Notes: a model not told the origin generated them from the sequence alone. DNA of 64,000 nt from an uncultured Prevotellaceae bacterium (GCA_900316985.1 ONFE01000040.1:1039-65038), one strand, 5' to 3'; shown: positions 38,201 through 48,629, counted from the stretch's first letter. Made by a program: numbers and translations.

Positions 38201-40821
38201 TGAATGATCAGGCGGACTGCTTCGCCAATCCAAAGAACGACACTTGTGCCGCAGATAATCATCAGCCAGTGGCGGAGGGAAAGGGGCGTGACGTTGAACA
38301 TCTGACCGCCGAAGGTGACGATGAGTATCTGGCCGATGAAGATACAGCCTGCAATGAAGTTGAATCCCTTGCAGCCTTTTAGGCGGAGAGCACTCTGTCC
38401 TGTCTGGAAGGCACGGGCGTTGAACATGTTCCAGAACTGCAGCATCACAAATGTGGTGAAAAAGAGACTGAGGTCATAAAGGGGCATGCCGCCTTTCTCC
38501 AGTTGCCAGAGTACTACCAACAACAAAGCCGTGAATATGCCGCCCGTAACGAGAATGCTCCACCACATCGGATTAGAGATAATGAAAGTCTGACGAGAGC
38601 GTGGTTTGTCTTGCATGACACGCTCAGTGGGGGGTAGCGAAGCCAGAGCCATGGCGGCGAAGGTATCCATGATAAGATTAACCCAAAGCATCTGCGTGAC
38701 GGTGAGAGGCGACTGTGTGCCGAGGAAGGCACCTGCCAATACCACCAGACAGGCGCAAACGTTGACTGTCATCTGGAAAAGGATGAAACGCTGGATGTTC
38801 TGATAGAGTGAACGGCCCCACATGACGGCTCGTCCGATGGAGGCAAAGGAGTTGTCGATAATTGTAATGTCTGATGCTTCTTTGGCTACTGCGGTTCCAT
38901 CGCCCATGGATAGTCCTACGTGGGCGGCCTTCAGGGCAGGTGCGTCATTGGTCCCGTCGCCCGTGACTGCCACCACTTCCCCTTTCTGCTGAAGGGCTTC
39001 CACTAGCCGTTTTTTGTCCATCGGACGGGCACGGGCAATAATCTTCAACGTCTGTACGCGTTCAAGCAAAGCTTCATCGGAAAGTGCAGCAAACTCGGTG
39101 CCAGTAATCATCGCGTTATCCATATCCTCGTCTGTCCAAAGACCTATCTGGCGGCCTATCTCACGGGCTGTTCCAGGTGTGTCACCAGTTACGATTTTCA
39201 CTTTGATACCTGCGTTCAGGCATTCTTGAACAGCGGCAGGAACGTCAGGGCGTACAGGGTCGCTAATGGCACAGAGGGCCATTAGCGAGGCCCCCTCCAA
39301 ACCTCCCCCTAAGGGTGAGGCTTCTTGTTCTCCCCTCCCTTTCGGGGAGGGGGAGAGGCATGCAAACGCCAGTGTGCGCATCGCTTTCTGCTGATATGAG
39401 GCCAACAGTTCTTGGAATTGGTTCTTTTCTGTTTCTGTCATTGTGCAGAAACGGGCCACGATTTCCGGTGCTCCTTTTATAAATAGGATGCGTTTGCCGG
39501 GAATCGCCTGCGACTCTACTAATGTGGCCATATATTTTGTCTCTGTGGAGAATGGCTGTTGGTCGAGGACGGTAACCTGATTGCGGAGTTCTTGATAGTC
39601 AATGCCTTTGTCCCGAAGCCAGAGCAATAGTGCTCCCTCGGTAGGATTGCCTACGACGGATCCCTGTGGATCGAGAGCGGCCGTACTGTTCAGGGCTATA
39701 GCCTCAGCGAGAATAGGAAGTTCATTTTGTTGCTCAGATTCATTGAAATACTTAAATTCAGCCACGCGCATCTGGTTCTGGGTAAGTGTTCCCGTCTTGT
39801 CAGTACATATTACAGTGGCGGCGCCCATTGTTTCACAGGCGTGCATCTTTCGCACGAGATTGTTGGTCTTCAGCATCCTGCGCATACTATAGGCCAATGA
39901 GAGCGTGACGGCCATAGGCAGTCCCTCGGGAACGGCCACCACTATCAATGTGACGGCAATCATGATGGACTGTAAGATATATGCCATGAAAGGTGTCAGG
40001 TGTTGTGTGATGGGTGTCAGCGTGTCCGCATTCTGAGTCAGATATACGATGATACGTCCTACCACAATCAAGGCTGCAATGGCATAACTGGCCTTGGAGA
40101 TGAGTCCGCCGAGACGTTCCAACTGTTCGTTGAGCGGGGTTTTCACGCTGTCATCTATTTGTGCGGCTACGAAAACCTTACCGTTTTCCGTATGATCGCC
40201 TACGGCAAATACGCGCATCACGCCATTTCCTTCCATCACCTTCGTTCCGCGCATTGCGTGGTTGGTTGGGAAAGTTGCATCGTTGTCCTGTTCCTCCGGT
40301 CTTGTGCTCTTTCGGCAGATTGGTTCTCCCGTCAGTGTGGATTCATCTATTTGCAGTTGGGTGGCTTCAAGCAGTTCGCCGTCGGCAGGAATCTCACTAC
40401 CTGTAGTGAGTATCACAATATCCCCCACCACGATGTCGCGCTTGGGAATCATCCGTGTATGTCCATCACGTATCACTTGAACGGGTTCCTCATCGTTCAC
40501 CTGATTGAGGATGGCAAATTCGCGATCGGCCTTCACCTCAAAGATGAATGCCAGCCCTGTAGCCAGCAAGATGGCAATAAAGATCCCCACGGGTTCAAAG
40601 AAAACGGAGGCCTCTTGGTGAAGTCCGTAGTATTCGTAGAACGAAATGCCGATGGAAAGAACACCGGCTACGAGGAGAATGATGATTAGGGGGTCGGAGA
40701 ATTTCCCGAGGAATTTTTTCCAAAGCGGTTCCCGTTCAGGCGGAGTCAGTACATTGACACCATATTGCTGCCTGTTATGTAGAACCTGTTCCTCGGTAAG
40801 ACCTTTGTATTGCTGTTTCAT
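38176..40821 (-). CDS. P-type ATPase, Ca2+-translocating (type II)
   Basis: DESTLTGE, PEGLP, CTDKTGTLT, TGDGTNDAPAL. Start trimmed to MKQQYKG at 40821. Confidence 0.93.
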   Translation of the reverse strand: MKQQYKGLTEEQVLHNRQQYGVNVLTPPEREPLWKKFLGKFSDPLIIILLVAGVLSIGISFYEYYGLHQEASVFFEPVGIFIAILLATGLAFIFEVKADREFAILNQVNDEEPVQVIRDGHTRMIPKRDIVVGDIVILTTGSEIPADGELLEATQLQIDESTLTGEPICRKSTRPEEQDNDATFPTNHAMRGTKVMEGNGVMRVFAVGDHTENGKVFVAAQIDDSVKTPLNEQLERLGGLISKASYAIAALIVVGRIIVYLTQNADTLTPITQHLTPFMAYILQSIMIAVTLIVVAVPEGLPMAVTLSLAYSMRRMLKTNNLVRKMHACETMGAATVICTDKTGTLTQNQMRVAEFKYFNESEQQNELPILAEAIALNSTAALDPQGSVVGNPTEGALLLWLRDKGIDYQELRNQVTVLDQQPFSTETKYMATLVESQAIPGKRILFIKGAPEIVARFCTMTETEKNQFQELLASYQQKAMRTLAFACLSPSPKGRGEQEASPLGGGLEGASLMALCAISDPVRPDVPAAVQECLNAGIKVKIVTGDTPGTAREIGRQIGLWTDEDMDNAMITGTEFAALSDEALLERVQTLKIIARARPMDKKRLVEALQQKGEVVAVTGDGTNDAPALKAAHVGLSMGDGTAVAKEASDITIIDNSFASIGRAVMWGRSLYQNIQRFILFQMTVNVCACLVVLAGAFLGTQSPLTVTQMLWVNLIMDTFAAMALASLPPTERVMQDKPRSRQTFIISNPMWWSILVTGGIFTALLLVVLWQLEKGGMPLYDLSLFFTTFVMLQFWNMFNARAFQTGQSALRLKGCKGFNFIAGCIFIGQILIVTFGGQMFNVTPLSLRHWLMIICGTSVVLWIGEAVRLIIQNKETQRK
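39289..39358. repeat. Pair of GC-rich hairpin elements, in-frame in the P-type ATPase
   Basis: 39289-39321 and 39330-39358, encoding LSPSPKGRGEQEASPLGGGLEGAS. Confidence 0.8.
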
Positions 40822-40843
40822 TCTTGTTCTTCTATTTGACGTG

Positions 40844-40932
40844 TGCAAAGGTACGATTAAGTAAGAACAAACGCAAATAAAACTTGTTTTAATTTGCTTT
40901 GTCGAACGCAAGTAACTTATGCAAAGGTACGA
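40844..40932. repeat. Promoter-linked palindromic element flanked by a 13-bp direct repeat of the -7 region
   Basis: TGCAAAGGTACGA at 40844-40856 and 40920-40932; core similar to 10405-10480 and 48630-48703. Confidence 0.7.
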
Positions 40933-41025
40933 AATAATCCATAATTCATAAATGATAAATCGTAAATTTGTTTTGGATACAGTTAAAATGTAATCGTTTT
41001 GTAATAAGGTAGGGTATAAAAAACT

Positions 41026-41060
41026 TGAGAAAGGAGCGACATCACGTCGGCCCTTTCTCA
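41026..41060. terminator. Probable stem-loop terminator downstream of the helicase
   Basis: TGAGAAAGG-agcgac...gtcggc-CCTTTCTCA inverted repeat. Confidence 0.5.
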
Positions 41061-41201
41061 TAATAACTTATTTATGAAACGATGAATAATTATGTATCTG
41101 TGCCTATGAATCTATTCGTAGGATTTCAGGTGCAAAGGTAAATAAAATTATCGAAACCGCCAAACTTTTTCAACGAATTGATACTATTTTCCTGTAAAAA
41201 C

Positions 41202-43130
41202 TTACAAATTCGAATAAGCATACAGTTTTTTGTAGAAATCATTGTAACTCAATGTCATTTTGTCACCTAAAATGATGAGTTTCATCCTGGCGCGTGTGAT
41301 GGCTACATTCATACGGCGTAAGTCGCGCAAGAAGCCGATATCGCCCTTGGGGTTGTTGCGGACGAGGGAAATCAAGATAATATCGCGTTCCTGTCCTTGG
41401 AATCCATCGACGGTATTGATGGAAATCAGACTCCGGTATGGTTTGAAGAATGGTTCTTTTTTCACCATTTGGCGCAGATACTGCACCTGGGCACGGTAGG
41501 GTGAGATGACGCCAACGTCAATGCGCTCTTCCAGTATGCGCTGCTTTCCGATTTTTTCAAAGTAGAGTTCCAATACCGCTAGTGTGAGTAAAGCCTCCTG
41601 TTTGTTGATGCGTCCAAAGGATTCTCCGATGAATTCCTCTTTGGCATCAATGTCGGCAGTGTCTATCCATTCGATGGGGTCGTCAAAATCAAGTATTCCC
41701 CGGTGCTTGACACTTTCGTCGCTGATGACTTTCCCTCCGTAAAACCAATCTGATGAGAACCGCATAATCTGTTCATTCATACGGTACTGTACCCTCAGTA
41801 ACGAGACAGCTTCTGGATGATTCTCCACGATACGTTCCATGAGTGTCTTGCCCAGTCCGCCTTTTAGGGCAGCTATGCTCTTTACCGTTGGGGGCAACTG
41901 GCAATGGTCGCCTGCGAAAACCACACGAGAAGCCTTGCGGATGGGAATCCAGCAAGCGGCCTCCAAGGCCTGAGCAGCCTCATCGATGAACAGCGTACCG
42001 AACTTCATGCCTTGTAGCAGACGGTTGGCGGACCCTACCAATGTACAGGCAATGACTCGAGCCTCTCCGAAGAGTTCGCTGTTGATGCGTATCTCCAGTT
42101 CGGTGGCCCGTGCCTTCAGCCGTTCCACTTTCTGGTGATATTTGTCATCGCCCCGTTTCCGTTTGGCGCGCAGTTCGCGAAGGGCTTTGCGGATGGCCCA
42201 TAGTTGCGGGTAGTCAGGATGTGCTTCGAATCGTCTTTCGTAAGAGAGGGCAAGCATTTTGTCAGTGATTCGGGTCGGATTACCAATGCGCAGAACGGGA
42301 ATGCCTCGGTCCACAAGTTTCTCTGAAATCCAGTCGACGGCCATATTCGACTGTGCGCATACCAGAACCTGACTTTCGCGCATCAATGTTTCGTTGATGG
42401 CTTCCACGAGCGTCGTAGTCTTGCCCGTTCCGGGAGGTCCGTGGACAATCATCACATCCTTGGCCCGGAGAACGCGGTTGACGGCTTCCTCCTGTGTCTT
42501 GTTAAGATAGGGGAAAGTAATAGACTGGAAGGAAAACGTCTGAGGCGTTATCTGTGTGTTGTAGAAAAGGTCGCGGAGGTAGGCAAGACGATTGTTGCTG
42601 GCTTTCATTACACGGTCGAGCGCATCGAACATCATCTTGTAACTCGTCTCGTCGAAAGAAAGTTGCACGCCCAGTCCTTCCGTATTCTGCAAGTCTATAA
42701 TGGGCGTGTTGTCTGGGACTACGACGACCATACGGTCTCCATCCACATAGGAGACGGTCCCCGTGAAAGGGAAGTAATGGAGAGCGTTACCGGAATTGTT
42801 GGCATTACTGGAATTTCCGGAAGTACTGGATATTCCCCTGAAGAAGACCACAGGTCTCCCGAACTCGAAGTTATGCTCAATATCTTGGTCCTGCGTGCGA
42901 AGGATTTCAATGGAGAGTTGGTTCAGGGAATTGTAATAACTCTTGCCTGTCTTTACAGGCCACCAGGCGTCACCCCGCTTCAGCCTCCGCTGCATACCGA
43001 TGGTTTCGGTCAGCTTGCGGAAAGCCTCTTTTTCAGCAGCATATTCCATCTGCAACAGAATTTTCTGCTGCATCAAGGCTTGTATGGGGTTGAGGTTATT
43101 CAATTTAGAATTACGAATAAAATCTACCAA
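41202..43130 (-). CDS. Superfamily 1 (Upf1/IGHMBP2-like) helicase
   Basis: HGPPGTGKTT, SNMAVD, DEAAQ, GDHCQLPP, QYRM, DGFQGQERD, RMNVAITRAR. Exact start uncertain. Confidence 0.92.
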   Translation of the reverse strand: MVDFIRNSKLNNLNPIQALMQQKILLQMEYAAEKEAFRKLTETIGMQRRLKRGDAWWPVKTGKSYYNSLNQLSIEILRTQDQDIEHNFEFGRPVVFFRGISSTSGNSSNANNSGNALHYFPFTGTVSYVDGDRMVVVVPDNTPIIDLQNTEGLGVQLSFDETSYKMMFDALDRVMKASNNRLAYLRDLFYNTQITPQTFSFQSITFPYLNKTQEEAVNRVLRAKDVMIVHGPPGTGKTTTLVEAINETLMRESQVLVCAQSNMAVDWISEKLVDRGIPVLRIGNPTRITDKMLALSYERRFEAHPDYPQLWAIRKALRELRAKRKRGDDKYHQKVERLKARATELEIRINSELFGEARVIACTLVGSANRLLQGMKFGTLFIDEAAQALEAACWIPIRKASRVVFAGDHCQLPPTVKSIAALKGGLGKTLMERIVENHPEAVSLLRVQYRMNEQIMRFSSDWFYGGKVISDESVKHRGILDFDDPIEWIDTADIDAKEEFIGESFGRINKQEALLTLAVLELYFEKIGKQRILEERIDVGVISPYRAQVQYLRQMVKKEPFFKPYRSLISINTVDGFQGQERDIILISLVRNNPKGDIGFLRDLRRMNVAITRARMKLIILGDKMTLSYNDFYKKLYAYSNL

Positions 43131-43142
43131 TATAACTTGTTG

Positions 43143-43178
43143 CTCCCTCCCTAGACAGGGAGGGCTGGGGTGGGTCTT
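43143..43178. repeat. GC-rich hairpin element, intergenic copy
   Basis: CTCCCTCCCTAGACAGGGAGGGCTGGGGTGGGTCTT, abutting the stop codon at 43179. Confidence 0.85.
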
Positions 43179-45218
43179 CTACGGCATCGCCTTCAGCCCT
43201 TCCCATTCAACATCCCATCCGGCTGGGAATCCAGGGTTCTTTTCCTTGCATCCGTCCCATCCGGCACACATCAGGGCAACTGCCGTGAGCAGTCCGCCGT
43301 TACCTGGCAGATAGAGGCGAAGACGCTGATCCTGGTAGTTATGACCGCTCACCAAGTAGGTGTTGGTGCGCTTGTTCATGAGCAGGGCATCAACGGCTTT
43401 CTGCCTGTCACCCAGACGGGCGGCACACATGGCTACCATCGGATAGTCCCATCCCCATGTCTTGTCCCAGTTCCAGCCGTTCCATATCCAGTTGAGGGTA
43501 TTCTGCATGATGTTTTTATCGAAGAGTCCGGTATCGGGAATAATACCAAAGGCACCGAGTACGGCGGGATGGTCGCTGATGTATTTGATGTTCGTATAGG
43601 TGTCGGTGGCATTGGCAGCAGCCAGATAAAGTCCGTCCTTATGTGCCAGCGTGTCCATTTGCATAGGGTGACCAGCCACTTTCAGGGCCCATTGCCAATA
43701 AGCCAGTTCGAAGGGCGGATTGATGGTGGTTTCTGCAGAAAGCATTTCCTGTGCGGGAATGCAGCCGCGGAGGGCATAAGTGGTGGCTCCTTGGCGGGTA
43801 GATTGGCGGGCATAGTCAAGCATAAACTCGGCAGTCTCATCAATCAGCGGATGGAAACGTTCGATATCCGTTCCTGCACGCCTGAGCAATTCCGTGAGAT
43901 AGATGAGATGAGGCTGTTGCCAGATGAGGTAACTGCCTGTTTTAGAAGGGGCCTCTTCGGAACTGGGGTCGGTCATCTTCATCCATCGGATACCCTGATA
44001 GCCTTGGCGTTGTGCAATCTTGCGGGCCATGGGTTCAGCCCGGAAATACCAGTTTAGAGATCGTTCCAGCAGTTCGGGGTGTCCCCAAAGGGCGAACTGT
44101 GCCTGATGCCACCAAATCATTTCCAGATGGTACTTGCCAAACCATGAATTATAGGTCAGGCCTGTTTCCTGCGGAGGCGTATTTCCTGCACAATTTACGG
44201 CCAGCAGATATTGCGAGAGTACAACTCGCCGTTCCAGTTCCTTGGCCCTCGGGTCGGTGCAGCGGCTGAAGTCCACGATACCACCTGACTGCCAGAAGTT
44301 GTGCCAATGTTGCTTGGTCTGTTCTATGGCCTCAGTACTGACGGGTGCCTCTATCTGTGGTATCTGCTCACTGTATTCGCACGAAAATGTCATTCCTGGC
44401 TGTTGGGGCATCAGCTTAAACTCGTTTTCGGCCGTACAGGCGAAAGTGGCAGAATTTTCCCATCGTATGGTGACGTAGTAGGTCGTGGCGTCTAGCGTAC
44501 GTCTCAATACGACTGACGTGCTATCCTGCCTCACGATGTCTGTCTTGTTTTGTGCGTTTGGTGTCCAGTCGCAACCCGAATCGGTATGCTGCCCAGTAGG
44601 GTAGGGGAAGCGGAACTTCACGGCCAACGGCTTTTCGCTGTCGGTCATGTATCCGGAATAGACGATATCGCGCTCGGGATGCACCCAAGTGAATGTCGCA
44701 TAGCCGTTGTTTCCATAACTGAAAGTACTTACCATGTGGCCTTCCCACAGGTCGAGTTCTTGTCCTTTCGGCTCAATGCGCACCGTATCGGTCAACGGAA
44801 TGTCAAAGCCGATGGTGCCTAAATGCAGTCGGTGGGGATTGGCGCGCAGAAAGGCGGCAGCAGCCTTGCGGCGCTCGTCCTGGAATTTCTCGATGGAATA
44901 CATCTTCTGGTCGAAGGCTTCCTCCGCACGGAAGTTCTGGGTGTTCGGGAATGAGTGCCATCCCCAGTCGCTCATCGTGCCCAATGGAACACCGCTTTCG
45001 TAGTATTCGGGGAAAGTCTGCAGACCTGTGGCATCTACGGTAAAGGCAAATCCGCCGTTGCCTACAGTGAGCGAAGACAGCTTGTCGAGTTTATTTACGA
45101 TTGGATTGTTGCGACGTACGACCGTTTGGCGGTCTATTTTTGCACTTGTCGAAAGGCAAAGTGCGAGCAGCAGAAAAGTTGTGATAGTCTGTTTCATGAT
45201 GTGATCATTTGTCTGCAA
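43179..45218 (-). CDS. Secreted six-hairpin glycosidase-like protein (GH65/GH95-like fold), unassigned family
   Basis: Signal peptide; SLTVGNGGFAFTVDATGLQ, PQETGLT..SWFGKYHLEM, LPGNGGLL.AVALM. Confidence 0.6.
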   Translation of the reverse strand: MQTNDHIMKQTITTFLLLALCLSTSAKIDRQTVVRRNNPIVNKLDKLSSLTVGNGGFAFTVDATGLQTFPEYYESGVPLGTMSDWGWHSFPNTQNFRAEEAFDQKMYSIEKFQDERRKAAAAFLRANPHRLHLGTIGFDIPLTDTVRIEPKGQELDLWEGHMVSTFSYGNNGYATFTWVHPERDIVYSGYMTDSEKPLAVKFRFPYPTGQHTDSGCDWTPNAQNKTDIVRQDSTSVVLRRTLDATTYYVTIRWENSATFACTAENEFKLMPQQPGMTFSCEYSEQIPQIEAPVSTEAIEQTKQHWHNFWQSGGIVDFSRCTDPRAKELERRVVLSQYLLAVNCAGNTPPQETGLTYNSWFGKYHLEMIWWHQAQFALWGHPELLERSLNWYFRAEPMARKIAQRQGYQGIRWMKMTDPSSEEAPSKTGSYLIWQQPHLIYLTELLRRAGTDIERFHPLIDETAEFMLDYARQSTRQGATTYALRGCIPAQEMLSAETTINPPFELAYWQWALKVAGHPMQMDTLAHKDGLYLAAANATDTYTNIKYISDHPAVLGAFGIIPDTGLFDKNIMQNTLNWIWNGWNWDKTWGWDYPMVAMCAARLGDRQKAVDALLMNKRTNTYLVSGHNYQDQRLRLYLPGNGGLLTAVALMCAGWDGCKEKNPGFPAGWDVEWEGLKAMP

Positions 45219-45395
45219 AGGTAGTGCAAAATTTCGATTGAGCGAAGAGAAAGCAAATTTATTTGCTCTCTTGAGCGTGAGAACGTACCTTTTTCTCTAA
45301 AAAAATGATGTGTCACTGACCAACGAGAAGTAAATTTATCAAAATGAATGGAAAAACAAAATTTTATTTTGTTTTTCCTGAATGCAGCCAACCTT
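45214..45395. repeat. Two further promoter-linked palindromic elements (45214-45290, 45346-45395)
   Basis: 45346-45395 (GAATGGAAAAACAAAATTTTATTTTGTTTTTCCTGAATGCAGCCAACCTT) closely matches the reverse complement of the distal part of the 10484-10551 copy. Confidence 0.65.
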
Positions 45396-45507
45396 CATGG
45401 CTCGAAGAGACATAAAGTTACGAAAATTTCGAGTAAACGAGCAAAAGAATGGACAATCTTTTGCACTTCTCTTGTTTTTTAGTATATTTGTCCACAAAAC
45501 AAGAAGT

Positions 45508-48500
45508 ATGATAAAAATCCTTTTCATTTCTCTATTTACTCTTCTGGGTCTGTTGCCTATACAGGCACAGAAACGTGTGGGTGATTTTATCGAATCTACT
45601 TCCTATAATGATGATAAGCGCGGAACGGTACGAGAACTGCAATATGTGCCTGAATATGATGTGGTGGTTTGCAAGAATGGCAACAACCGTTATACCCGTG
45701 CACTCTATGGCGGAACGTCCGCTTACCGTCTGGAAACCAGTGACCGTCCCGTCTTTGCTTTGTTCCAAGACTCGCGCAACTGCCGAAATGTGAGTTTCCG
45801 TATCACCTATAAGGGGCATACCTTGGCACTTGACAGCACAACCCGTTGCGAAGCACGCTATGCCCGCGGACAACGGTGGTATCGTCTGGAGGATAAGAGT
45901 TGGGGAGGAGCCAGTCTTTTGCTGGATGTCTGCTGTCTGGTGGATGCCGACCGTGCTGCCTGGCATTTCTATACCGTGGGATTCCATGAGATGCCTGAAC
46001 TGGAGGCTGTGGTGACGGGTGTGCGCGAAAAGCGGCTGCACCGTAATGGTGACATCGGTGCCGATAAACCAGGAAGCCTGGAAAGTGACGGTGAAGTGCT
46101 GCAGCGCCTGAAGGTAACGTGGGAGAAACCGGGATTTGCCCAGGTGATGTCGGATAGCCTGCGATTGGAAAATGTGGACTGGCCTACATTCTGCCGACGT
46201 ATGAAAGCTACGGAAGACCGTATAGAAAACTACAATCAGCAGGTATGGTTCCATACGCCCGATCCATTCTTCAACCCCCTTGGTGCTTCCATCGTGGCTG
46301 CAGCCGATGGGGCTTGGGACGGAGAGACTTGGCTTCATGGTGCCGTTGGCTGGCGGATGCCGTTAGCCGGATGGCGTGCCGGCTATCTGGCCGATGTGCT
46401 GGGATGGAACGATCGTGCCCGAAGTCATTTTGATGCCTATGCTGCCAGTCAGGTTGTCAATGTGCCGCCAACGATACCGCATCCTTCACAAGATTCTGTC
46501 CTGAACTTGGCAAGGGCAGAGAAGAAATGGGGTACGCAGATGTACAGCAATGGTTATATCTGCCGCAATCCCAACCGCAACGACCAGATGCACCACTACG
46601 ACATGAATCTGAACTACATCGACGAACTGATGTGGCACTTCGAGTATGATGCCGATACTGCCTATATGCGGAAGATGTGGCCTGTCATTACGCGCCATCT
46701 GGAATGGGAAAAGCGTAATTACGACCCGGACGACGACGGCCTTTACGATGCCTATTGCTGCATCTGGGCCAGTGATGCGCTGTATTATAACGGTGGCGCC
46801 GTGACCCACTCGTCTGCCTATAACTATCGTGCCAATCTGATGGCTTCCAAGATAGCCCGTCTCATCGGGGAGGATGGAAGCCGATATCAAGCCGAAGCTG
46901 ACAAGATATTAAAGGCGATGAACAGCCGTCTGTGGTTGAAAGGAAAGAACCATTGGGCGGAATATCAGGATATGATGGGACTGAAACGGGTACATGAAGA
47001 TGCCGCCCTATGGAGCATCTATACGCCTATTGACTGTGGAGCCTGTACCGATCAGCAGGCCTATCAGGCTACGCAATATGTGGATTCGTTCATCCCGCGT
47101 TTGCCGTTGCGCTTTATCATTCCCCCAAAGTATGGTGCGCAGGATGGTGTTCAGACCATATCCCCCTCAGAACAGCAATTCTCCTTGGTGAGCACCAGCG
47201 ACTGGATGCCCTATTCCTGGAGCATCAACAACGTGGCAACAGCCGAAGTAATGAATATGTCGCTGGCCTACTTCAAGGCAGGCAGACCCCGTGAGGGTTT
47301 CCAATTGCTCAAGGCCAATATTCTCGACCAGATGTATTTAGGTAGCAGTCCGGGCAATTTCGGACAAATCAGTTTCCTCGATGCCGCCCGTGGAGAGTGT
47401 TACCGCGACTTCTCTGACTGTACGGGAACAGCCGCCCGCACCATTATTCAGGGATTGTATGGCATTGTTCCCCATGCCCTCGATTCCGTCTGTATCATAC
47501 GTCCTGGCTTCCCCTTGGAGTGGGAACATGCTTTCATTCGTACGCCTTATCTGTCCTATACCTATCGGCGCGAGGCAGGAGAGGACGTCTATGAGGTGGA
47601 GCAGCATTTCCGTCAGCCTTTGAAAATCATCCTTCGCCTGAACTTAGGCAACGGAAAATACATCGACCACGAGGGCACCATGCAGCAGCATCAAGTATTC
47701 CGGATGCCTGCGGCCATCCTCGAGGAATACGGCTATGAGTCTGCCTATGCAGCGCAGGGACTCAAGCATGATATTGATAAGCTGGTGAGCAGGGATTACA
47801 AATACGAGCCCACCCCGTTGCATTGTCCTTATACGGCTTCACAACTGGGCCTCGATGAACCCTCGGATTTGAAGACGTCCCAGCGTTATCCCGTTGCCAT
47901 ACAGAAGCGTTTCAATGCCCGGATTACGGATATCTTCAAACAGCAATATCTCTCGCCGCGCCCCAATGTCACTACTTTGCAGATCCCCACGCAAGGAGTG
48001 GGGGAATGGTGTCATCCCCAACTGTGTCCGGAAATCAATGACAGCGTCTTGCGCACCAAAATCAACAATGGCCGCTATTATATGGCTGGCGTGTCGTTCC
48101 TCATGCCTTCCAAGGGAGAAAATATTGCATATACCTCCCTTTGGGATAACTATCCCGGCGAGATTACTTTCAAAATGAAAGGACAATACCGCTATGCCTA
48201 CCTGCTCTTAGCCGGAAGTACCAACCACATGCAGACGCGTATTGACAATGCTGTGGTGATAGTCACCTATAAGGATCATACCACCGATACGCTCCATCTT
48301 ATTCCGCCCTTCAACTGGTGTCCCATAGAACAGGACTACTACGTGGATCAGGAGGCATTCAAGACCATGGAACCACGCCCCTACCGCCTCTGTCTGGGTA
48401 CAGGGCAGGTGAGCCGTGATCTTGGCAAGACCTTAGGCATAAAAGGCGTCTATGGCCGTGAGATTCCCGGTGGTGCCGCGCAGATGCTGAAGATGCCGCT

Positions 48501-48591
48501 CAATCCCAAGAAGAAACTCAAGTCGCTTACGCTCCGTACACTCTCCAATGATGTCGTCGTAGGATTGATGGCAATAACTTTGGAGAAATAA
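45508..48591 (+). CDS. DUF4450-like large glycosidase-like protein
   Basis: Signal peptide from MIKILF; RALYGGTSAYRLETSDRP, HGAVGWRMPLAGWR, CIWASDALYYNGG. Confidence 0.7.
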   Translation: MIKILFISLFTLLGLLPIQAQKRVGDFIESTSYNDDKRGTVRELQYVPEYDVVVCKNGNNRYTRALYGGTSAYRLETSDRPVFALFQDSRNCRNVSFRITYKGHTLALDSTTRCEARYARGQRWYRLEDKSWGGASLLLDVCCLVDADRAAWHFYTVGFHEMPELEAVVTGVREKRLHRNGDIGADKPGSLESDGEVLQRLKVTWEKPGFAQVMSDSLRLENVDWPTFCRRMKATEDRIENYNQQVWFHTPDPFFNPLGASIVAAADGAWDGETWLHGAVGWRMPLAGWRAGYLADVLGWNDRARSHFDAYAASQVVNVPPTIPHPSQDSVLNLARAEKKWGTQMYSNGYICRNPNRNDQMHHYDMNLNYIDELMWHFEYDADTAYMRKMWPVITRHLEWEKRNYDPDDDGLYDAYCCIWASDALYYNGGAVTHSSAYNYRANLMASKIARLIGEDGSRYQAEADKILKAMNSRLWLKGKNHWAEYQDMMGLKRVHEDAALWSIYTPIDCGACTDQQAYQATQYVDSFIPRLPLRFIIPPKYGAQDGVQTISPSEQQFSLVSTSDWMPYSWSINNVATAEVMNMSLAYFKAGRPREGFQLLKANILDQMYLGSSPGNFGQISFLDAARGECYRDFSDCTGTAARTIIQGLYGIVPHALDSVCIIRPGFPLEWEHAFIRTPYLSYTYRREAGEDVYEVEQHFRQPLKIILRLNLGNGKYIDHEGTMQQHQVFRMPAAILEEYGYESAYAAQGLKHDIDKLVSRDYKYEPTPLHCPYTASQLGLDEPSDLKTSQRYPVAIQKRFNARITDIFKQQYLSPRPNVTTLQIPTQGVGEWCHPQLCPEINDSVLRTKINNGRYYMAGVSFLMPSKGENIAYTSLWDNYPGEITFKMKGQYRYAYLLLAGSTNHMQTRIDNAVVIVTYKDHTTDTLHLIPPFNWCPIEQDYYVDQEAFKTMEPRPYRLCLGTGQVSRDLGKTLGIKGVYGREIPGGAAQMLKMPLNPKKKLKSLTLRTLSNDVVVGLMAITLEK

Positions 48592-48629
48592 ATAGATTTA
48601 TTTACCTTTACGCCACTTCGTGTCGTGAA

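Noticed and set aside
40822-41061. 80-aa N-terminal extension of the P-type ATPase
   Set aside because: It runs through the promoter box, the intergenic repeat and a stem-loop; the real start is 40821.
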